Shown here: piece by piece, positions 9,078 to 15,826 of the stretch
Layout: every line of letters begins with the position of its first letter
How positions within the stretch are numbered: position 1 is the first letter of the stretch
Assembly: GCF_029872365.1 (NCBI RefSeq)
Contig: NZ_JARXOF010000001.1
Direction: 5' to 3' (one strand)
Length of the DNA stretch: 24,000 nucleotides
DNA from: Halobacterium rubrum
Lineage (GTDB): Archaea; Halobacteriota; Halobacteria; Halobacteriales; Halobacteriaceae
The notes under the pieces: model-generated
Seen by the model: only the letters and a program-made list of their open reading frames with translations
Databases searched by the model: none
What the model was told of the DNA's origin: nothing
Position numbers and translations under genes: made by a program

Positions 9078-11369
9078 ATGGGGTCCGGATTACTCACACG
9101 CGTACGGGGGAGCTACGGGACGAAGCTCGCCCTCGCTCTGGTCGTCGTCGTCGCGCTCTCTGTCGGCGTCGGCGCGCTGGTCTACCAGCAGACCACCGAC
9201 CAGCTCGAGGGCGACGTCCGCGCCGACCTGACCGGGTCGGCGGACGCCCGAGCGGACCACCTCGACGCCTGGCTCTCGAACGTTCGCGGACAGACAATGC
9301 TGGCGTCCAGTCAGCCGGCCCTCGCCTCCGGCGACGAGGCCGAGGTCGAAGCGTCCCTCGACAGGCTCGCCGGCAGCGACGAACTACCAGACGGCGTCGT
9401 CGCCGCCCACTACTACGACGGCCCGTCGACGACCATCGAAATCAGCTCGAACGACGACTTCGCCGGCGTGAACCCCGCCGAGCAGGGCGCGCCGTTCGCC
9501 ACCGACCCGCCGACGTTCGACGGCGCCGACGACGTCGCGGTCACGAAGCCGTTCACGGTGCCGGTCGCGGACTTCCCGGTGCTCTCGGTCGTCTCGCCGA
9601 TCGAGGGCGCCGAGGGCAAGTTCCTCATCTACATGGTGAACGTCAACGAGCTCACCGCCGACTTCGACCAGGCAGTCGACGGGAGCAGCACCGTCGTCGT
9701 CGCCGAGGACGGGACGTACGTCGCGCACCCGGACCAGTCGCGGGTGCTGACCGAGCACGACGGCGCCGAGGGGATGCTCGAGCAGTCGCTGTCCGAGTCG
9801 ACGTTCATGCAACACGACGGCATGGTGATGGCGGCGTCGCCCGTCGACGGCGCGCCGTGGACCGTGATGGTGCACGCGCAGCAGAGCGAGGCGTTCGCGC
9901 TCGGTGACTTCGTCGCGTCCAGCCTGATGGGGCTCGTGCTCATCACGGTCGTGAGCCTCTCGCTGGTCGGCGTGACGGTCGGGTCGACGACCGTCACGTC
10001 TCTCCAGCACCTCTCGCGGCGCGCCGACGAGATGGCCGAGGGGAACCTCGACGCGGACATCGACACCGGCCGGAGCGACGAATTCGGGACGCTCGCTGGC
10101 TCCTTCCGGGAGATGCGGGACTCTCTGTCGACGTCGCTGTCCGAAGCCGAGACCGCCGAGGCCGAAGCCCAGCAGGCTCGCGCGGAGGCCGAACAGCAGC
10201 GACAGGAGGCCGAACAGGCGCGCGAGAGCGCCGAGGAAGCCCGCCGCGAGGCCCAGGAGACCGCCCGCGAGCTCGAGGCCGCGGCGACCGACTACGAGGA
10301 CGCGCTGACGGCCGTCGCGGACGGCGACCTGACGCGTCGCGTGGACGCCGACCGCGACCACGACGCGATGGCGCGCGTCGGCCGCGCGGTCAACCAGATG
10401 CTCGACGACATCGAGACGAGCGTCGCCGCGGCGTCCGCGTTCGCCGACCACGTCTCCGACGCCGCCGTCCGCGTCGAAGGCGGCGCCACCGACGCGATGG
10501 ACGCCGGCTCCGACGTCTCCACGGCCGTCGACGAGATCTCGGACGGCGCTACCGAGCAGACCGACCGGCTCCACGAGGTCGCGGGCGAGGTCGACGACCT
10601 CTCCGCCAGCGCCGAGGAGGTCGCGAAGACCGTGGCGTCGCTTGCCGACACCGCCGGGCAGGCCGCCGACGCGGTCGAGGACGGCCGCGAGGCGACCGAC
10701 GAAGCGGTCGCGACGATGGACGACGTCGCCGACGACGCCGAGGCGGCCGCCGACGCGATGGACGCCCTCGACAGCGAGATGGAGGACATCGGGGAGATCG
10801 TCGACGTCATCGCCGACATCGCCGAGCAGACGAACATGCTGGCGCTGAACGCGTCCATCGAGGCCGCTCGCACGGGCGCCGACGGCGACGGGTTCGCCGT
10901 GGTCGCCGACGAGGTCAAGGGCCTCGCCGAGGAGTCGCGGGACGCAGCCGAGGACATCGAGGAACGACTCCTCGACCTCCAGGGCCAGGTCAGCGACGTC
11001 GCAGACGAGATGCGCGACACCAGCGAGAACGTCGCCGACGGCCGGACGACCGTGGGAGACGCCGCGACCGCGCTGGACGACGTCGTGGAGTTCGTCGCCG
11101 AGACGGACTCCGCAGCGGGCGAGATCCGGGACGCGACCGACCGGCAGGCCGAAGCCGCCTCCCGGGTGGCCGGCGCCGTCGACGAGGTCGCCGGTATCAG
11201 CGAGGAGACGGCCGCCCAGGCGACCGACGTCGCCGAGTCGGCCGACGAACAGACCGAGACGCTCTCGACGGTCGGGGACGCCGCCGCCGACCTCGCGGAG
11301 CGCGCCGCGACCCTCGACGACCTGCTCGCGGACTTCGACGCGCGCGGCGGCGACGAGGAGGTGAACTGA
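9078..11369 (+). CDS. htrII: Methyl-accepting phototaxis/chemotaxis transducer, HtrII-like (763 aa)
   Basis: TM1 ([22 protein letters not shown]) is followed by a ~250-aa extracellular domain and TM2 ([20 protein letters not shown]). Then come two HAMP-like segments and the invariant MCP hairpin [48 protein letters not shown]. The stop lies 1 nt before the sopII ATG. The track ORF (7827..) is an artefactual upstream extension. Confidence 0.9.
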   Translation: MGSGLLTRVRGSYGTKLALALVVVVALSVGVGALVYQQTTDQLEGDVRADLTGSADARADHLDAWLSNVRGQTMLASSQPALASGDEAEVEASLDRLAGSDELPDGVVAAHYYDGPSTTIEISSNDDFAGVNPAEQGAPFATDPPTFDGADDVAVTKPFTVPVADFPVLSVVSPIEGAEGKFLIYMVNVNELTADFDQAVDGSSTVVVAEDGTYVAHPDQSRVLTEHDGAEGMLEQSLSESTFMQHDGMVMAASPVDGAPWTVMVHAQQSEAFALGDFVASSLMGLVLITVVSLSLVGVTVGSTTVTSLQHLSRRADEMAEGNLDADIDTGRSDEFGTLAGSFREMRDSLSTSLSEAETAEAEAQQARAEAEQQRQEAEQARESAEEARREAQETARELEAAATDYEDALTAVADGDLTRRVDADRDHDAMARVGRAVNQMLDDIETSVAAASAFADHVSDAAVRVEGGATDAMDAGSDVSTAVDEISDGATEQTDRLHEVAGEVDDLSASAEEVAKTVASLADTAGQAADAVEDGREATDEAVATMDDVADDAEAAADAMDALDSEMEDIGEIVDVIADIAEQTNMLALNASIEAARTGADGDGFAVVADEVKGLAEESRDAAEDIEERLLDLQGQVSDVADEMRDTSENVADGRTTVGDAATALDDVVEFVAETDSAAGEIRDATDRQAEAASRVAGAVDEVAGISEETAAQATDVAESADEQTETLSTVGDAAADLAERAATLDDLLADFDARGGDEEVN

Positions 11370-11370
11370 C

Positions 11371-12120
11371 ATGGCACTCGAGACGTGGTTCTGGGTCGGT
11401 ACGGTCGGCATGATCGCCGGCACGCTGCTGCCGCTCCGGGACATGATCCGCTACCCGTCGCATCGCCGCTACGACCTCGTGCTGGCGGGCATCACGGGGC
11501 TCGCCGCCATCGCGTACGCAACCATGGGGCTCGGTCTGACGGCGACGACCGTCGGCGAGCACACGGTGTACATCGCGCGGTACGTCGACTGGCTGGTGAC
11601 GACGCCGCTCATCGTGCTGTACCTCGCGATGCTCGCGAAGCCGTCCCGCCGGACCTACGTCTGGCTGCTGCTCGCCGACGTGTTCGTCATCGGCGCCGGC
11701 ATCGCCGCCGCACTCAACCCCGGGTCCCAGCGCTGGCTGTTCTTCGCCGCCGGCGCCGTCGGCTACGTCGTGTTGCTGTACGGCCTGCTGCGGACGCTGC
11801 CGCGCGCTCTGGGCGACGACCCCGACCCGCGCGTCTGGTCGCTGTTCGTGACGCTGCGCAACATCACGGTCGTGCTCTGGACGCTGTACCCCGTCGTCTG
11901 GATGCTCGCGCCCGCCGGCGTCGGCATCCTCCAGACGGAGATGTACACCATCGTCGTTGTCTACCTCGACTTCATCTCGAAGGTAGCGTTCGTCGCGTTC
12001 GCCGCGCTCGGCGCGGACGCCGTCGACCGTCTCGTCACTGCGACGGCCACCGGCTCCTCGGCGTCGATGCCGGACCCGATGGAGACGCCGGCCGCGACTG
12101 ACGCCGGCGACGACGACTGA
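11371..12120 (+). CDS. sopII: Sensory rhodopsin II (phoborhodopsin), type-1 microbial rhodopsin
   Basis: The ORF has 7 TM segments and the helix C motif ARYVDWLVTTPLIV (counterion Asp73). Helix G is VVYLDFISKVAF with the Schiff-base Lys204 (AAG at 11980-11982). From memory it is nearly collinear with H. salinarum SopII (MAL.TWFWVG.VGM..GT.LP.RD.IR.PSHRRYDLVLAGITGLAAIAY). Confidence 0.93.
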   Translation: MALETWFWVGTVGMIAGTLLPLRDMIRYPSHRRYDLVLAGITGLAAIAYATMGLGLTATTVGEHTVYIARYVDWLVTTPLIVLYLAMLAKPSRRTYVWLLLADVFVIGAGIAAALNPGSQRWLFFAAGAVGYVVLLYGLLRTLPRALGDDPDPRVWSLFVTLRNITVVLWTLYPVVWMLAPAGVGILQTEMYTIVVVYLDFISKVAFVAFAALGADAVDRLVTATATGSSASMPDPMETPAATDAGDDD

Positions 12121-12380
12121 CCGCCAGCGTCTTTTCGCTACTGCCCGTAGCCCCGGACGGCCGATGACGACGCAACCGGGCCGACCCGGGGTGGCTCCTG
12201 CGGGACGACGAGCCCTATGAGTGCCGAGGCCAACTGCCGATCCGTTCCCGTTCGACGGTATCTCACAGACGTGGTTCGCTATTCACCGGACGCGACTCGT
12301 CGTGACTCCCGAGCGCTACACGTGGCGATTGCCTCGGCCTGGGGCCCGTTCTGCCGGTGGACGGGAAATCCACCCTAAAC

Positions 12381-12397
12381 TATTATGATAATATAGC
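12381..12397 (+). promoter_or_regulatory. Strikingly AT-rich promoter block (TATTATGATAATATAGC) upstream of the protease gene
   Basis: The AT-rich block 12376-12411 ends at the ATG at 12412. A TATA-like core lies about 27 nt upstream, suggesting a leaderless mRNA. Confidence 0.45.
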
Positions 12398-12411
12398 AAT
12401 CATGTAACAAC

Positions 12412-13761
12412 ATGGTACGCAGTACCAGACGAGAGGTTCTCAAGGTGAGCGGCGCACTGCTCGGCGGGATTGCGGCCGGAACCACGGTCACGGCGGCGAC
12501 GTCGACGGACCGGTACATCGTCCAGACCAGGGGGCGCGGGCTCCCCGACGGCGTCGACGTCGTCCACGAGATGCCGGGGACCAATCTGGCCGTCGTAACC
12601 GGGGACGAGAGCGCGTTGCAGGCGGCGAAGGGCGTGCGCGAGTTCGCGCCGGACATCGAGCTCGAACTGAACGAGCCGGCGACGAACGCGGACGTCCCTT
12701 CGTTCGACGCCTCGGAGTACGAGGGCCAGCCCGGGGACTTCCTGCAGTGGGACAAGGCCGACCTGGACGTGCCAGCGGCCCACGAGACCACAGAGGGCGA
12801 GGGCACGCGCGTCGCCGTCATCGACTCCGGTGTGCTGGAGACGCACCCCGACCTCGCGGGCCCACTGAACGTCGACCTCTCGCGGAACTTCACCGACGAC
12901 GGCGGTGACCACAACCCCGTCGGCGGCGACGACCACGGCACCCACGTCGCCGGCATCGTCGCGGCGGACAACGGGGGCGGTATCGGCGTCAACGGCACTG
13001 CGCCGGAGACCGACCTCGTCGATTGCCGGGTGTTCTCCGAGGGCGGCGGCGCGTCGTTCGCGGACATCCTCGCGGCCGTGGTCTACAGCGCGAACGTCGA
13101 CGCCGACGTGGCGAACCTCTCGCTGGGGGCGTACCCGGTTCCGCGGCAGACTAACGGCCAGTTCTACGGCAAGGTCCTCAACAGCGCGATGACGTACGCG
13201 AACAAGGAGGGGACTCTGCTCGTCATCGCGGCCGGCAACGACAGCGCCGACCTCCAGCACGACAGGAACTTCGTCAGCCTGCCGAACGAGGGTGCACAGG
13301 CGCTCTCGGTGTCGGCGACCGGACCCATCGGGTACGGCTGGGACGCCGACGGCGACGGCGATGCGACGGACCTCGCCGACCCGCCGGAGAGCCCGGCGTT
13401 CTACACGAACTACGGCACGAACGCCGTCACGCTCGGCGCGCCGGGCGGCGACGCCGACCCAGCCGCCATCGGCACTGACGTCCCGTGGTTCAACGACCTC
13501 GTGTTCAACACGGTGTTCAGCTACGAGGACACCGACGGCGACGGCGAACCCGATACACAGGTCCCCGGCTACGGCTGGAAGGCCGGCACCTCGATGGCCG
13601 CGCCGAACGTCGCCGGCGCCGCCGCGCTGGTCAAGAGCGCGAACCCGGACTACAACGCCAACCAGGTGGAGGCCGCACTCAAGAACGCGGCCGACGTGCC
13701 CGACGGCTACGACAAGGCGTTCTACGGCAGCGGCTACCTCAACATCCTCGACGCACTGTAG
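12412..13761 (+). CDS. Tat-secreted subtilisin-like serine protease (peptidase S8, halolysin-like) with an N-terminal propeptide
   Basis: A twin-arginine signal is present (MVRSTRREVLKVSGALLGGIAAGTTVTAA). The catalytic triad motifs are RVAVIDSGV (Asp), HGTHVAGIVAA (His) and GTSMAAPNVAGAAAL (Ser), with the oxyanion Asn in AAGND. Confidence 0.9.
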   Translation: MVRSTRREVLKVSGALLGGIAAGTTVTAATSTDRYIVQTRGRGLPDGVDVVHEMPGTNLAVVTGDESALQAAKGVREFAPDIELELNEPATNADVPSFDASEYEGQPGDFLQWDKADLDVPAAHETTEGEGTRVAVIDSGVLETHPDLAGPLNVDLSRNFTDDGGDHNPVGGDDHGTHVAGIVAADNGGGIGVNGTAPETDLVDCRVFSEGGGASFADILAAVVYSANVDADVANLSLGAYPVPRQTNGQFYGKVLNSAMTYANKEGTLLVIAAGNDSADLQHDRNFVSLPNEGAQALSVSATGPIGYGWDADGDGDATDLADPPESPAFYTNYGTNAVTLGAPGGDADPAAIGTDVPWFNDLVFNTVFSYEDTDGDGEPDTQVPGYGWKAGTSMAAPNVAGAAALVKSANPDYNANQVEAALKNAADVPDGYDKAFYGSGYLNILDAL

Positions 13762-13770
13762 GGAGAACGG

Positions 13771-13807
13771 CGACGCGCGTTGGGGACCGCGTCGACGACC
13801 ACCTTTT
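13771..13807 (+). terminator. Hairpin (CGACGCG...CGCGTCG) followed by a TTTT tract downstream of the protease stop
   Basis: A 7-bp inverted repeat lies at 13771-13777 and 13788-13794. An oligo-T run follows at 13804-13807. Confidence 0.35.
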
Positions 13808-14080
13808 CTCGACGGCGCCGTCCCAGTTCCGGATCTGCCGCTCGAAGAGTAGTAAGAGAGAGAGTGGGCGAATTTCGGATTGAGCGGCGTCTATAGCCGT
13901 TCTAAACCTATTCTCTCTGGATAGATTGTGAGTCGTGAGTGCCGAGGCCGACTTTTCGCGCACACGCAACTGGCGGACCGCTGGTGCTGGCAGTCTCACT
14001 CTCTCTGGCTGCCCACTGCACTCCAGTCGACCGTCGTCCGTGCCCCCTTCCTACTTGGTGGCTCGCGTCGTCACACCTGT

Positions 14081-14923
14081 ATGCCAGCGTCAGAGACGCC
14101 GACCGCCGATTCGGTCACCGGGTCACAGACAGCAACTGGCGCCACGCCACCCAGCGACGCCCCTCGCTATCGCCGCCTCCGTCGGTGGAACGCGGTGATG
14201 GCGGTCCTGCACTTCGTGCAGGGCGCGCTGATGGTGTGGCTGGCCGAAGACGTGCGGTGGCCGATTACGCGGACGCGCTACGAGTTCGACGTCGCGACGG
14301 AGTCCATCGCGCCGGTGAGCGTGCCCTGGGTGGACGTGACGCTCCCGCTGCTGGTCGCGGGGTTCCTCTTCGTCTCCGCGCTCGCACACGCCGTCATCGC
14401 CACCGCCCGGTACGAGCAGTACGTCGCGTACCTCGAGCGCGGGATGAACCCCTACCGGTGGTACGAGTACTCGGTGAGCGCGTCGCTGATGATCGTCGTC
14501 ATCGGGATGCTGGCGGGCGTCTGGGACCTCGGGACGTTGCTGGCGCTGTTCGGACTGGTCGCGGTGATGAACCTCTGCGGGCTGTTGATGGAGCAGCGCA
14601 ACGAGACCACCGAGACGACCGACTGGACGCCGTACTGGGTGGGCACGTTCGCCGGCCTGATTCCCTGGGTCGTCATCGCGGTGACGTTCGTCGGGACGGT
14701 GACCGCCGCCGCCGGCGAGTTCCCCGAGTTCGTCATCTACATCTACGTCTCCATCTTCGCGTTCTTCAACCTCTTCGCGGTGAACATGGCGTTGCAGTAC
14801 CGGGAGACCTGGCGGTGGAGCGACTACCTCTTCGGCGAGAAGGCGTACGTCGCGTTGAGCCTCGTCGCGAAGTCCCTGCTGGCGTGGCAGGTGTACTTCG
14901 GGACGCTGAACTCCCCCATCTGA
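14081..14923 (+). CDS. Heliorhodopsin (280 aa, 7-TM retinal protein of the inverted-topology HeR family)
   Basis: Seven hydrophobic segments are present. TM7 is GEKAYVALSLVAKSLLAWQVYFGTL (Lys264, AAG at 14870-14872) and TM3 is NPYRWYEYSVSASLMIVVIGM (Glu129). TM1 contains VLHFVQ (His44) and TM2 contains SALAHAV (His103). From memory of HeR 48C12 these align with GERAYIVLSLVAKSALAWQIFSGTL, FRWVEYSLSSSVMIVLIA, GVFHLLQ and SALFHFIV. The start is set at ATG 14081; the track start at 13928 adds a W/C/R-rich, non-halophilic extension. Confidence 0.85.
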   Translation: MPASETPTADSVTGSQTATGATPPSDAPRYRRLRRWNAVMAVLHFVQGALMVWLAEDVRWPITRTRYEFDVATESIAPVSVPWVDVTLPLLVAGFLFVSALAHAVIATARYEQYVAYLERGMNPYRWYEYSVSASLMIVVIGMLAGVWDLGTLLALFGLVAVMNLCGLLMEQRNETTETTDWTPYWVGTFAGLIPWVVIAVTFVGTVTAAAGEFPEFVIYIYVSIFAFFNLFAVNMALQYRETWRWSDYLFGEKAYVALSLVAKSLLAWQVYFGTLNSPI

Positions 14924-14986
14924 GGCGGCTGCTGGGAGACCCCCTCCGCTGCAGCTTCGATGCTCGCCGTCCGCAGGCTGCCCGCG

Positions 14987-15688
14987 TCACTCCTCGCTTG
15001 TCGTGACGTCCTCGTAGGTGACTTCGGTGCCGGAGGCGACCGGCTGCAGGAGGTACGACCCGGTCTGGCCGCGCTTGACCGGCGTGAAGTCCGCGACGAA
15101 GCTCGTGCGCTGGTCCTCGCGCACCTCGAACGGCTCCTTGAACTGGAGCGGCGCGTTCCCGGGCGTGCCGACGTCGGCGTCGCCGCCGCCGTCCGCGAGC
15201 GGCGCCGAGACGCCCGAAACGTCCAGCTGGAGGAACGCGTAGCTCCCCGTCTCGACCTCGCGGTCGTCGACGAGCGCGCTGTCGCCGTCCTGCAACTCCA
15301 CGAGGTCGGCCTCCTGGGCCTCGTCGAACTCGTGGTACTCGCGGCCGTCGCTCTCGTCGACGTCCTCGGCGTCCTGCTCCTCGACTACCGCCGTGGTGGC
15401 GTCCGACCCGGCGTCGTCGGTCTCCGTCTCGTCTTCTGTCGCCGTCGCGTCCGCGGCGTCCCCGCTCTCACTGTCCTTCAGCCAGATGCCCTCGATGGTG
15501 ACCACGCACGTCTCGAAGTCGGCGATGTCGCCGGGTGCGTCTTTCACCGTCGTGGACAGCGTACCCGTACTCGACCCGCTGCCACCGGTACAGCCCGCGA
15601 GGCCAGCGAGGCCGGCCGCGCCGAGCGCGCCGGCCGCCTTCAGGTAGTCGCGTCGGGATGCTGTCGTGTCGGCGAACTTGTCTCGCAT
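14987..15688 (-). CDS. Tat-dependent lipoprotein, DUF4382-like
   Basis: The N-terminus MRDKFADTTASRRDYLKAAGALGAAGLAGLAGCTGG has a twin-Arg motif and a lipobox Cys. The body matches my recollection of DUF4382 (VKDAPGDIADFE..VTIEGIWL, DLVELQDG, ETGSYAFLQLDVSG, SYLLQPV). The internal ATG at 15688 is preferred and sits 29 nt from a TATA-like GATATA. Confidence 0.7.
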   Translation of the reverse strand: MRDKFADTTASRRDYLKAAGALGAAGLAGLAGCTGGSGSSTGTLSTTVKDAPGDIADFETCVVTIEGIWLKDSESGDAADATATEDETETDDAGSDATTAVVEEQDAEDVDESDGREYHEFDEAQEADLVELQDGDSALVDDREVETGSYAFLQLDVSGVSAPLADGGGDADVGTPGNAPLQFKEPFEVREDQRTSFVADFTPVKRGQTGSYLLQPVASGTEVTYEDVTTSEE

Positions 15689-15826
15689 ACACGTATCCGG
15701 GGAGCGCGAGCCGGATATACCGAGCACACGCGGAGCCCGAATTTGCCCGAGTTGGGTCGAGTAGGCGTCGGTTGTGGCGAGAAGGTGTCGGGTGGCTTGC
15801 CACGTCGCCGCGACCACCGGTAGCCG

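Noticed and set aside
9384-11444. 686-aa minus-strand ORF (plus 10292..11377 and other antisense ORFs) opposite htrII
   Set aside because: It is antisense to a transducer gene with unmistakable MCP motifs. It has no recognisable domains and a basic, repetitive composition.
12217-12378. 53-codon ORF (MSAEANCRSVPVRRYLTDVV...) in the sopII-protease spacer, and the similar MSAEA... start of ORF 13935..14198
   Set aside because: Both are basic, Cys/Trp-containing peptides unlike halophilic proteins. The shared MSAEA simply reflects the repeated 17-nt DNA element, which is reported separately as a possible cis-element.
13928-14080. Longer heliorhodopsin isoform starting at GTG 13928 (331 aa)
   Set aside because: The extra 51 aa (SRECRGRLFAHTQLADRWCWQSHSLW...) are Trp/Cys/Arg-rich, non-acidic and have poor codon bias. 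As far as I recall, HeR N-termini are short. A TATA-like element about 28 nt upstream of 13928 means transcription may still start there.
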